The position numbers and the translations under genes are program-made. Below the pieces are notes generated by a model. That model ran no database searches and was not told the origin of the DNA. It saw only the letters and a program-made list of their open reading frames with translations. From Squalus acanthias (taxonomy: Eukaryota), in the NCBI GenBank assembly GCA_030390025.1, contig CM059433.1, positions 20,090,001 to 20,154,000 on the forward strand: a DNA stretch of 64,000 bases, in the 5' to 3' direction. This document shows positions 12,112 to 23,849 of the stretch, one piece after another. Numbering within the stretch: position 1 is the first letter of the stretch; each line of letters starts with the position of its first letter.

Positions 12112-15100
12112 ATGGCGGACACGAACGCAGTTTCCGTGAAACTGCCAGAGATTTGGGAAAACCAGCCCGAAGCCTGGTTTCTCCAAGCTGAATCTCGCTT
12201 CTGGCTGCGAAAGATCACCACAGATCGGACGCAGTACGACTACCTCGTCACATCACTCAGTAGTGCCACAGTTTCGAAGGTTTGGACAGCGCTGCAGAAC
12301 CCACCAGAGGAAGGCAAGTACGCACATCTCAAGACAGCGCTCCTTAAAAAATTTACGGCCTCGGCATATCAGCGAAACTGCCACCTCCTCGACCTTCCAG
12401 GCCTCGGTGATGCCTCACCGTCAGACCTCCTCTCCCACATGCTCTCCCTCACCGACGAGAGCCCACCCAGATCCCTCTTCTGCACGCTGTTCATCCGCCA
12501 GCTCCCTCTCAGCATCCGCCCAGCGATCGTGGCGTCCGGCCTCACGAACCTGGAAGCCCTGGCCGATGAGGCCGACAAGCTGCTGTCCGCTTAATCCAGC
12601 CGCGAAGTCACTCCGGACCCGGCAGCCAATGCCTGGGCGCGCCCCTCACCGGCCACCACGCGGCCACAAGGGCCTGCCACCAGGCCCACAGGGCCTTCAC
12701 GCCCCACTAACCCGGGCCACTGTTACTACCACGCACGGTTTGGCGCCAGGGCACAACGGTGCACACCTCCCTGCTCTTTCAAGTCCGCCCCCGTACCAGC
12801 CCCCGCGATGGCCGTGGGCCACGCGGGCTCCCTGCTGTTCGTCACGGATGACAAAACCGGCCGCCGGTTCCTGTGCGACACTGGGGCTCAGCACAGCATC
12901 ATCCCGGCCTCCTCCCTCGACATCCAAAAGGGCGAACGAGGACCGGCGCTGGCTGCTGCTAACGGCTCGGAAATCCGGACGTATGGCACCCGGACAGTCA
13001 CCCTCGATCTCGCTGGTCACCGCTACCGATGGGAGTTCATCACTGCCAAGGTGCTCTCCCCTCTCATCGGCGCAGATTTCCTGTGCGCCCACGGCCTACT
13101 GGTAGACATCCCCCATCACCGCCTCGTGGACATGAACACCATGTCCCCCATCCTGGGCGCCATGGCCCCCCGTCAACCCGCTGACATGGCGTCACAGTGC
13201 CACACCCGGGCCACGGATGACTACTCGGCACTCCTGGCCGAATTCCCGGCCCTTACCAATACGACCTTCTCTGCGGAGGCCGCCAAACATGGGGTGGAAC
13301 ACTTCATCCCCACCACAGGCCCCCCAGTGTATGCCCACGCCCGCAGGCTGGACCCGACCAAACTGGAGATCGCGCGGACCGAGTTTGCCACCATAGAACA
13401 GCTCGGCATCATCCGCCGCTCCAACAGTCCCTGGGCCTCCCCACTCCACATCGCCCCCAAACCAGGCGGAGGTTGGCGCCCCTGCGGGGATTACCGCCGC
13501 CTCAACGACGCCACCACCCCTGATCGGTACCCCGTGCCGCACATTCAGGACTTCTCGGCTAGACTGGCCGGCCGCTCAGTCTTTTCCAAGGTCGACCTGG
13601 TGCGCGGCTACCACCAAGTCCCCGTCCACCCCGCGGACATCCCCAAGACGGCCGTAATCACCCCCTTCGGCCTGTTCGAGTTCCTGCGGATGCCCTTCGG
13701 CCTCAAAAATGCGGCCCAGGCATTCCAACGGCTCATGGACTCGGTCCTTCGGGACCTGAAGTTCCTGTTCGTCTACCTGGACGACATCCTGGTAGCCAGT
13801 TCCTCCAAGCAGGAACACCTCGAACACCTTCGCATCCTGTTCGGGCGCCTCAGCGACCACGGGCTCATCTTCAGCCTAGCCAAATGCCAGTTTGGCCTGG
13901 ACAAGATCGACTTCCTCGGCCACCACATCACCCATGCTGGGGCCATTCCCCTGCCCCCCAAGGTGCAGGCCGTCCAACAATTTCCCCGCCCCACCACCAT
14001 CAAAGGCCTCCAGGAGTTCCTCGGGATGGTGAATTTCTATAACCGCTTCATCCCCAAAGCGGCGTCCCTCATGAGGCCCCTGTATGAAGCCCTCCGGGGC
14101 AGGAGCGGCAAGATGGCGATCGAATGGATGGCAGACGCGTCCGCCGCCTTCGACTCCACCGAGACCGCGCTCGCCAACGCCACCCTGCTCGCGCACCCAC
14201 GGCCCAATGCCAGGGTAGCGCTCACCACGGACGCCTCCGACCACGCGGTCGGCGCCGTGTATGAGCAGTGGGTCAACGGCGCCTGGCAACCACTTGCCTT
14301 CTTCAGCCGCCAACTACGCCCCCCGGAGGTCAAGTACAGCACCTTCGACCGCGAGCTCCTCGTGCTGTTCCTGGCAGTCCGCCATTTCTGGTTTTTGCTT
14401 GAGGGCCACCCCTTCACTGCGTTTGTCGACCACAAGCCCCTGACATTCGCAATGGCAAAGACAACCGACCCCTGGTCCGCCAGGCAGCAGCGCCAGCTCG
14501 CGGCAGTGTCCGAGTTCACCACGGACATCCAACACGTCTCCGGCCGAGACAATGTGGTAGCCGACTGCCTCTCCCGCCCCGCCATCCACGCCGCACACCT
14601 GGCAGTCGACTACGCTCAACTAGCAGCAGACCAGATCACCGACGCTGATCTGCTCTCCGCACCCACCAACCTACCAGGGCTACGCCTGGCCGACGTCGCC
14701 TGTGGCCCGACCGCAGTCACGGTCAAGTGCGACATATCCCTATGTCAACCTCGGCCCGTCGTCCCAGCGTCCTGGCGCCGCCGGGTATTCGACATTCTCC
14801 ACAACCTCTCCCACCCCGGCGCCCGCGCATCCATCAAATTGGTAGCCAACTGCTTCGTCTGGCGCGGCCTTCGCAAGGATGTGCGTACTTGGGCCAACTC
14901 CTGCCTAGCCTGCCAACGGGCCAAGGTACAGCAACACACGAAAGCACCCCTCGAGGAGTTTACCGTCCCCTCGCGGAGATTCGACCACATCCACGTGGAC
15001 ATCGTCGGGCCCCTGCCGCCGTCGCAAGGCCACATGCACTTGCTGACCATCGTTGACCGCACCACACGCCGGCCCGAGGCAATTCCACTGACCTCTACCA

Positions 15101-15923
15101 CCACCGCCGACATCACCAGAGCCTTCGTCAGCACCTGGGTCGCACGGTTCGGCATCCCCTCCGACATGACGTCGGACAGAGGTCCGCAATTTACCTCTGA
15201 ACTCTGACCGCCGTCGCACGCAATCTCGGGGTGACCATTCAGCGCACCACAGCGTACCACCCCCAAGCCAACGGACTGTGTGAGCGGTTCCACAGATCCT
15301 TGAAGGCATCTCTTCGAGCCAGCCTCCAGGACGGCGCCTGGACCGACCGACTTCCGTGGGTCCTCCTCGGCCTGCGCACCGCGGTTAAAGAAGACCTCCA
15401 CGCATCAGCAGCAGAGCTCGTGTACGGTCAGCCGCTGCGCGTACCCGGCGAGTTCCTGCCCACCGCCACGACACCCTGCTCAGCCGACCAGCAACGCCAC
15501 GACTTCGCCTCACCGGCGCTGCAGTTCGCCCCGGTGCCCATTGCCCAACACGGCAAATCCACCTCACACGTCCCACTAAGCCTGCACCAGACACGGTTTG
15601 TTTTCGTCCGGCACAACGCCCACCGCGGACCCCTTCAACCCCCGTATGACAGGCCCTACAAGGTGCTATAGGCTGGGGACAAATTTTTCACCCTGCAAGT
15701 GGGCGACAGGACCGAAAAAGTGTTGGTTGACCGACTCAAGCCAACACACTCGGAGCCCGGTGAGCAGGTCCCTGTAGCTCGTCCACCTCCACGCGGCTGA
15801 CCTGCCCTCAAGCCAGTTCACCCGGCTGCTCCACGCCCGGCCGTTCCACGTCCACCGGTGTCCTACAAGAGCCGCTCCGGCCGGCCCATCAGACCGCCGC
15901 ACCGTCTCGTCCACACCTCCTAA
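12112..15923 (+). pseudogene. gag-pol: Single-frame gag-pol polyprotein, disabled
   Basis: Gag 12112-12594 and Pol 12808-15207 are in the same frame, separated by a TAA. Motifs: CHCC CYYHARFGARAQRCTPPC (12721-12774), PR LCDTGA, RT YLDD, RNase H TDAS...DHKPL...ADCLSR, IN H-H-C-C and D,D,E. A 1-nt deletion near 15207 (TGG>TGA) and stops at 15669 and ~15798 disrupt IN. Confidence 0.93.
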
Positions 15924-15932
15924 GCGGATTCT

Positions 15933-15940
15933 GGGGGGAG
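15933..15940 (+). promoter_or_regulatory. Polypurine tract
   Basis: GGGGGGAG, 3 nt upstream of the 3' LTR. Confidence 0.8.
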
Positions 15941-15943
15941 CTG

Positions 15944-16182
15944 TGTGGCGGATCGCCACCTAAACGGGCATAATCCACTTTTCCGTCCATGGACAAATAT
16001 CGAGCACCTTCCCTTTAAGGCACCTTACCTTTAAGGCAGGAGTGGGCAGGGCCTCAGGATTTTCCCAGTGAATTCTGGGAGCAGTCTGTGCAGCCATTTT
16101 GTACCATGCTGTGGTATTAAAAAAGCCTCTGTTTCCCACACATGGATTCAGCCTTAATTCGTGTTTCGCGGCAGCCTCAACA
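15944..16182 (+). repeat. 3' LTR
   Basis: Direct repeat of 11833-12071. Confidence 0.97.
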
Positions 16183-16419
16183 AAAGAATATAAAGGGAAA
16201 TAGTAAATTATTCTGTAGACACATAAGTAACAAAAGGAAAATTAAGATAGGGATAGGACCACTAAGGGTTAAGCAAGGTAAACTCACAGGAGATGATACT
16301 GAAAAGGCAGGTGCACTGAATTTGCCTCGGTTTTCACTGAAGAGGCTAACAAAGAGGAAATGACAATAGTAGCAGTCAAGTGCGATATTACAACCGTTAA
16401 GATAGAAAGAAAGGAGATA

Positions 16420-17170
16420 CTGGAGGTGGCCACATGCTGCATGGTAGACTGAAGAGTGCTGATGTCGTGCAAGGTGACACCACACAAGCTGAACGGGAAC
16501 ACCTGCTTACCTCCTTGGTAGGCCTTCCAATACCTCATAAATTTTTTTGTGTGCCAAAAGGAGTCTTCTTTTCCAGGCTGGACCCCTGAAATTCACATCT
16601 CGGTCCTGATTACCAGAGCTGGGAGACGACCTTGTCATCTTCTGGTCTGGTGCATGCTTGTGTTCATTTGTGCCGGATGCTTCACTATGTGCAGATCCCT
16701 CTAAATCACTCTGTAACCCAGCTGGACTGCCAATCTCTGCGCTGGTGCTTAGGAGGGATGGAACGCATAACGGTGCCTCCTCAGTCGGATTGTTGTCCTC
16801 CGAGGTGTCTTCTTCTACAGGGTCTAGGTGCTGAGAAGGATCGAGAAGAAAGAGAAAAGGTATGAGCTAGCATAGCACTGAAGGCTGGACATTAGCAGCT
16901 GACAGTCTTCAGAAAGTAGCTTGAAGATGCCAAACTGGCCGAATGTGCGATTTGTTGAGGTGAGCCAAGTATTACAAATAATCGGCTGACACTCTGCTCA
17001 GACAAGCCGGCAGCCTCATCTCTCCCGATGCTCATCGCTTTTGACGGCCCAATAATCTCCAAGCCTTGCTGCTCCATTTGGTTGAGGGCAATGATGTTGG
17101 GTGTTCCTCCGCCGGTCTTGTCCTGCTCCCTGGCATTGCGCGCTGTTTTGTTTTGCAGATAAAGCAGGCG
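16420..17170 (-). pseudogene. Harbinger Myb/SANT-like gene remnant (downstream exons)
   Basis: Minus strand reads NAREQDKTGGGTPNIIALNQMEQQGLEIIG. An intron-like gap ends in a polypyrimidine tract and CAG near 16831, followed by an acidic/Ser-rich exon ending GPAWKRRL. The RxxTGGG motif typically follows the Harbinger SANT domain. Confidence 0.65.
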
Positions 17171-17432
17171 AGGGAAGGTGAGTGGCTATTTAAAAGGAAA
17201 GTGCAGATGTGTAGGGCTTCTGCCTATAACGCATCTTCTGAGAACTGGAGAATAAGCAGGTTGAATCAAGATGCGGAGGTGATGAATGGAAAGCCAAGTG
17301 TCTGGCATGTGAAGTGAGGAAGGAGTCCTGAGAGGAGTTGTTGGTTCTACAGGTGCTAGGTTGTGAGAAGAAAATGGTGTTCGTGTCTGGTGTGAGTGTG
17401 AATGGAATGAGGAAGCAAGGTGTTGCAGTACC

Positions 17433-17892
17433 ACTACTACTTCGTATGGCTGATGTAGATGTAAAGCAACAACTATAATTTTACACTTAGGTGATTAAGC
17501 CAGATAATTGCATCAGGAGTGTCAAACTGGCTAAATGTGCGATTTGTTGAGGTGTTACAACTAATAGGCAGACATTCTGCTCAGACAGTCTGGGCAGCCT
17601 TGTCTCTCCTGATGCTCATCGCTTTTGCTGGCGTTATGCCTCCTTCGTATTTGTGAATCGGGCATTGAGTCGTTATACGTTCCATGGTCTGTTCTGGGTG
17701 ACCACAGTCACACGTTGGAGAGTCTTTAATTCTCCATTTGTGCATCAAGTATCCGCATCCGCCATGGTTTTCTGTGGATGAGGTTGAGGGTTGGCCATAA
17801 GCTTCGCGGAAGATCGAAGCCAGGGATTTTCCGCGTCGGATCTTTCACAAGGTGCTTGTTTGTGACTTCTTGTGAACTTCATTCGGCTTTTA
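17433..17892 (-). mobile_element. Vingi/Ingi-like LINE 3' fragment
   Basis: Minus strand reads KHLVKDPTRKIPGFDLPRSLWPTLN..HGGCGYLMHKWRIKDSPTCDCGHPEQTMERITTQCPIHKYEGG...TPDAIIWLNHLSVKL*, then GCCATACGAAG(TAG)n. Confidence 0.75.
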
Positions 17893-17904
17893 AAATGGTG
17901 TTGA

Positions 17905-20314
17905 TTCAAGATGGCTCCTAGCAACCCCAACTGTCCCTTCCTACTCTCTCACAGACCTCCCCGCCCAGCGTGCCCACTGGGGGCTAATCTTTTTTTAATT
18001 CGTTCTTGGGATGTGGGCATCGCTGGCAAGGCCAGCATTTATTGCCCACTCCTCGTTGTCCTTGAGAAGGTGGTGGTGAGCCGTCTTCTTGAACCGCTGC
18101 AGTCTGTGTGGTGAAGGTACTCCCACAGTGCTGTTGGGGAGGGAGTTCCAGGATTTTGACCCAGCGACGATGAAGGAACGGCGATATATTTCCAAGTCAG
18201 GATGGCGTGTAACTTGGAGGGGAACTTGCAGGTGGTGGTGTTCCCATGTGCCTGCTGCCCTTGTCTTTCTTGATGGTTGAGGTTTCGGGGGTGCTGCCGA
18301 AGATGCCTTGGCGAGTTGCTGCAGTGCATCTTGTAGATGGTACACACGGCAGCCATGGTGCGCCGGTGGTGGAGGGAGTGAATGTTTAAGGTGGTGGATG
18401 GGGTGCCAATCAAGTGGGCTGCTTTGTCCTAGATGGTGTCGAGCATCTTGAGTGTTGTTGGAGCTGCACTCATCCAGGCAAGTGGAGAGTATTCCATCAC
18501 ACTCCTGACTTGTGCCTTGTAGATGGTGGAAAGGCTTTGGGGAGTCAGGAGGTGAGACACTTGACGCAGAATACCTAGCCTCTGACCTGCTCTTGTTACC
18601 ACAGTATTTATATGGCTAGACAAGTAAGTTTCTGGTCAATGGTGACCCCAGGATGTTGATGGTGGGGGATTCAGCAATGGTAATGCTGTTGAATGTGAAG
18701 GGGCGGTGGTTAGACTCTCGCTTGTTGGAGATAATCATTGCCTGGCATTTGTGTGGCGCGAATGTTACTTGCCACTTATCAGCCCAAGCCTGAATGCTTT
18801 CCAGGTCTTGCTGCATGCGGGCATGGACTGCTTCTTGCCAATCTCCTCCCCGTTCAACTCGCCCCTTCCTGTGCTGACCTTGTGGACTCTGGCAGTGGAT
18901 CAGCTATCACCGCCCCTCTCTGCATCTCCCTCCAGAATATCCATTCACTTGTGAACAAGGCCCTTGCCATCCATGAGCTTATTGTGGATGATTGCATCGA
19001 CATCATGGCCTTACCGGAAGCTTGGCTCAGGGATGATGACACCTTCCCCCTAAATGAAGCCTCCCCACCTGGCTATACCTTCCACCACTTGCCCTGCCCA
19101 GACTGCCGTGGTGGCAGTGTGGCTCTTATCACCAAATCACACCTTGGTCAGTCCCTGTACTTCTCTGGCACTTTCTCCTCCTTTGAGCATTTCAGCTTGT
19201 TCCACCCCCTCACCTTTCATTTAAAAATCTCATTCTCTACCACCCACATAAGTACCATAAAAATGTTCTCACTGAGATATCTTCCCTGCTTTCCTCCCAC
19301 AGCCTTTGCACCGAGCAACTTCTCATCCTTGGTGATTTCAACCTTCATCTCAATTCATCATGCTCTCTCTCCACTGAGTTCACTGCCCTCCTATCCTCCC
19401 TTACTCTCTCCCTCCAAGTAAACTCCCCAACACATATTGATGGCCGCCTCCTTGACCTTGCCATCTCACGTGCCCTCGCTACTCCCATCATGTCAATCAC
19501 AGATAAAGCCATCTCTGACCACTTCCTTGTATCGCTCTCCACCCACATCCCCCTTCTCCCTCCCAAACCTACTTCCTTCTGTGTCCGCCCCTGGAAAAAA
19601 CTCTCTCCCAACTCACTTACAACTGCACTTTCAAAATCCCAACTGTCCAGCCTTTGGCCCTCCATTCACCACGACATTGCTGCTCACCCACACCCTCTCC
19701 ACCACCTTTGATGCCCGAGTCCCCATTAAAACAATTACTCTCTCCCATCCTGGCCAATCTCACTGGTACGGCCCTCATTGCCGCTCCCTTAAGTCTCAGG
19801 GACACAGATTTCAATGGATATGGCAGACAACTGCTCAGCCATTCACTGCCAGATCTGGCTGGACCACATAAAGCACTATCGGGTCCTGCTCTCGTCTGAA
19901 AAAACATGCTCACTATTCCAGGATCATTCTGGAATGCAAACATATCCCCCGGCTTCTTTTCTCTGCTGCAAACCATCCTCTTAAACCCCTCTCCCCTGTC
20001 TCCTCCACCCTCACCCACAACCCCTCGAGATATCTGTGCTCCTCTAAATCAGCATTCCTGATTTAATCGCTCAACCATTGGCGGCCGTGCCTTCAGCTGC
20101 CAAGGCCCTAAGCTCTGGAATTCCCTCCCTAAACCTCTCCGCCTCTCTACCTCTCTTTCCTCCTTTAAGACGCTCCTTAAAACCCACTTCTTTCATCTGC
20201 CTTAATTTCTCTTTATGTGGCTCGGTGTTAGATTTTGTTTGATAAAGCTCCCGTGAAGCGCCTTGGGACATTTTACTATGTTAAAGGTGCTATATAAATA
20301 CAAGTTGTTGTTGT
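17905..20314 (+). mobile_element. L2 LINE: endonuclease region joined directly to the 3' end (RT deleted), interrupted by a Zenon-like copy
   Basis: APE endonuclease motifs SLQNIHSLVNK, DIMALPEAWL, RGGSVALI and ISDHFLV. The sequence jumps near 20020 to the L2 3' end and finishes TATATAAATACAAGTTGTTGTTG. Confidence 0.85.
17990..18834 (-). mobile_element. CR1-group (Zenon-like) LINE 3' fragment, copy 2
   Basis: Highly similar to 6418-7270. The flanks rejoin as L2 GGGGCTAATC|TTGCCAATCTC. Confidence 0.85.
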
Positions 20315-20499
20315 TTCCAAGCATCATCAGGGTTGAAGTCGCATTGTCGAAGGTCCAGTGTGCCCTTGTGATTCAATGTTGATGGATGTAATAGAGGGAA
20401 AGAAATTTCTGAGAGTGCTGGGTGTGGGGGTGAAAGGAGTGTTGGCAGATGTTGTTGAGAGCGATGAAGAGATGAAGAGCTGTACCCATCCTTGCTGCT

Positions 20500-20700
20500 C
20501 TTGAGGTCTTTCTACATTGAACCCAGGTCCTGGGGGTGATGTTACTGTCGGTGACCTTCTCACACACCTCTGTCCAGGTATGCTGGATATTAGTCATGGG
20601 GATCTTCATGCGTGTTCTGGATGACATTAGTTTCCTCCTTTCCTGACCTCTTCCACCACGACCTCCAGGGAGGCATCAGGAAACCTTGAGACAGCCCTCT
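20500..20700 (-). pseudogene. Harbinger Myb/SANT-like exon remnant
   Basis: SRFPDASLEVVVEEVR...TWTEVCEKVTDSNITPRTWVQCRK (SANT/trihelix W..V....RTWxQCRK). Confidence 0.8.
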
Positions 20701-23264
20701 GATTCATTAGTTGTTCCAGAATTATGTTCACACTGTTCCAACGAAAGCTGAAAACAGAGAATGCATCCTCAATTTAAGAGGTTCATTCCTGATTTAAATA
20801 GGCTTCAGGAGGTCCACTAGAAATTGCGGTGCAAAAATGGGCAGGCTGTCAGTTTCATGATGCAAGCTGGTGGGCAGCCCATCAAACTTAGGGCAGTTGT
20901 GTAAGTTTTTTAGTGATTGCTCTTAAACCTTCTGAAGCATGAGCAGAATCTCTATTTATTGCACCATGGGCTTCCTGTCACTATTATTAGAATGGGTCAC
21001 AGGCACTGACAGATTCATTTGTTTTTGAGCTCGTGAATATAAGTTCCTGTTACATTTCAAAGATCACCTTCAGAAATTATAACACACTTTTAAGTACTAT
21101 TGACCTCCTAAGTAGCTACAATATTATCGGAAGAGATGACAGTGTTTTATTGTCATCTTGAGCTAGCGAGAACTCTGGAAATCTCGTATCAAATCGACTA
21201 CTACTCAAGACACATTGCAATCCCTGCTTGAATTGGCTGCAGCCCCATAAATGAAGTGTCTATTGCGGCACTGATGTCTAATTGCTAAATGTTACCAACT
21301 GATATTTGCTGGAGCATTGCATCCCGTTACAAGTATTACAACAAACTGATGGTCTCTTCACACCTTTTAGAACATGGATATAGTGCTTTTTATCAGTGAT
21401 CCAGTTTCATCCCAGATGTTAATCTATTTGTTCTCTTGTTATTTTACTGCTCTGAAGTCACTCACGTATCAGTTTTACAGGGGAGGGAGGCCAAAACTGT
21501 GAAAGGTAAAAGGCACATTACATATTGGGCTGGAAATTGCAGAAACTACACACCTACCTGGTGCCTCTGGAGCTTCGAAGACTCGAGCTTGCAGGGGTAC
21601 GCCTGCGTAAAGGCCACATATCCCAGGGGCGCATGCGGTTCGATTTAAGCCGAGACATTTATGTCCATATGGCATTCAGGGGTTAACCGTTAGTCACTAA
21701 ATGTTTCTGGGAGAACTTAGTCTTGCTGATTCATACATAGGAACCATCAGCATTTCACTCTGACAGGGTTTCAAACCATATGTCATTTTGTCAACATTTC
21801 ACAAGTAAAATCAGTTTTTTTTCCACTGGGAATGCAAGATGTCCATATTCACCTATTCGATCATTTGCAAGGCAGGAATGGAACCTGTGAAAATTGCTCA
21901 GTTCGAACTTACAACCCCCCTGTCCCCACATTGTTGGTTAAGCATGAACATGAGACAGAATTGTTAAAAAAATAAGCTCTTGGGTTATGAAAGTTGCAGT
22001 TACAGTTGTGTTTGTTTATTATTTGTGCCCAAGTAAGTTATATATAGCAAAAAAAACCTGCTAAAATGTAGCTTTTAAACCTTATTATTATATGCAAAGG
22101 ACCTTTCTGGGGCACGTCTGGGTGTTGTCTTATGTGAATGCTTATTTTCTTTAAGACTAGTTACAGCCTCTAATTTGAGATAAGCAGGGTATCCCTGCCA
22201 GGAGGACTTAGCTGGTTTTTCTTTGAACCGTCCTATCTCTGCACTTGCAGTGTCACAGAATTAGAACTGAAACGGGAATTGGGGAATGGAGTGCTGATGA
22301 GTTTAACTTCATTTAAAAATAATGCTTTCAGATTTGCACTTGCACTACATCAGGTGTCAAAAATCCAATTTTTGAAGGGGCAGATACATGTTCCCAGAGC
22401 CCCTCGCACTGGATAATAACTTTTACATCTTCAGTACTCACGCACCCTCCCCAAGTAAATCCATCACTGCAGCAAATTATGTTTTGGTGCCGTGCTATAT
22501 ACAATTAAAGTCATAGGAGTTATCCTGCAGCTTAATTTCTGACTAACTTTTAGTCCAACGTCTTCATGCGGCATTATCTATGTTCATGACTTTTTGAGGC
22601 TGTGTATCTCTTTTTTAAGCTGTTGATTTGCATTAATTACTTTCCCAGTTTGGTACGTCTGCTATTTTACTCACCATCCTCCTGTTTTCAGTCTGTCAGC
22701 TAAAATGTGGGCCATATCTCCGCCATCGTAGACTAGCCAATTAAAAGGGAGAAGCACGAACCCTCTTAATTAGCTGTGAACCGTATTTAGGAGCCCGTTA
22801 AACATCTGAATTTGCTCTCCGCAGGTAAAGCCAGATGCTTACTTAACAAAGTTACTGTAGAACTGAAGGTTAAAATGAGGAAAGCTGATTCTGCAGGCCA
22901 GCCACTGCAAGCACTGCTGCACAGACTCAGGAAGAGGAGACACCCAGATTATGGCACTGATGACCTCCTCCCCATAAAGAAGTGCTTGGTGCACTAGACA
23001 TGGGAAATGACTGAAAGCTGGCAGCACCACTGACCCAGCTTGACTGACCTTGAGGCAGGGCTCTTGCCCCAGCCCAAGGAGGTACAGGGCCATCACTTGC
23101 TTCTTCCACAAGGGAATTACTTAACGGGTGTGTTAAATTGGGTGTCACATGTCCAAAACAAAGCACAAGCACCAATAGGCAGCACAGTGCAAACTCAAAC
23201 TGCAAACATTCAGACCTACAGAATAAAGGAGAGCAATGCACTGAACTTAATTTGAAGATTGTAT

Positions 23265-23700
23265 TTTTTTTTTGTTCTCAAGTTGTGAGCTATGCTGACA
23301 AGGCCGCATTTATTGCCCACGCCTAGTTTAACTGAGAAGGTTATGCAGTCCTTGTGGTGATGGTGGCCTTGTGGTGATGGTGCTCCTACAATGGTAATCT
23401 CATGGTGACAGTTTACAACTGGATGGCTTGCTCGGCCACATGAGAGGGTATCAAGTGTACACCAGGTTCTGTGGGACTAGGGTCACGTGTATGCCAGAAT
23501 GGGTAGGGATGGCAGGTTCCTGTCCCTGACAGACGTTAGTGAACTGGTTGGGTTTTATGTTGGAATAGAAGTTTTTGTGGTTATTTTTCTGTTGCCAGCT
23601 TATAAATTACCATATTTATTGAACTGGATTTCACAACTTTTCATGGTGGGGTTAAAATTCACAAGCTCCGAGTTGCTAGTCCAGTACCAGAACCGCTAAG
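23265..23700 (-). mobile_element. tRNA-derived SINE, second copy of the 2738-3126 family
   Basis: Shares GCATTTATTGCCCA, GTGGGACTAG.GTCAC, GGGTAGGGATGGCAGGTTCC and GTGAACTGGTTGGGTTTT with the first copy. Confidence 0.65.
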
Positions 23701-23849
23701 CCAAGTATTTATTTGCTGCTGGCTAAAATATAATAGGAACTCAGCATTGGATGGAAATAGATGGAATTTAAGCATGAGCTCTGTCGCATCTGTGTTCTGT
23801 TTGTACCTGTGGTCAGCACATGGGTGTGATGAAACATGGCTGCATGGAG

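Larger units (their letters stand above)
11833..16182 (+). mobile_element. Full-length Ty3/Gypsy LTR retrotransposon, CsRn1/Kabuki/Boudicca-type
   Basis: Two 239-bp TG...CA LTRs, 4-bp TSD AAAG (11829-11832 and 16183-16186), tRNA-Trp PBS, PPT, and domain order gag-PR-RT-RH-IN. Confidence 0.97.
11555..16420 (+). mobile_element. Old CR1 ORF2 remnant that is the target of the Gypsy insertion
   Basis: Removing the provirus and one AAAG rejoins AAAATATCAAAG|AATATAAAGGGAAAT, giving KISKNIKGNSKLFCRHISNKRKIKIGIGPLR (CR1 linker region). Confidence 0.75.

Noticed and set aside
12592..12594. Programmed stop-codon readthrough between gag and pol
   Set aside because: The TAA lies upstream of the Gag CHCC motif and the copy has other nonsense lesions, so a point mutation is more parsimonious.
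12263..13105. 280-aa ORF overlapping gag/pol, and many antisense ORFs within the provirus
   Set aside because: Alternative-frame by-products of GC-rich coding sequence; no recognisable motifs.
21473..21510. Micro-exon TTTTACAG|GGGAGG...GAAAG|GTAAAA
   Set aside because: Only 25 nt with generic splice-like motifs and no partner exons or recognisable peptide.
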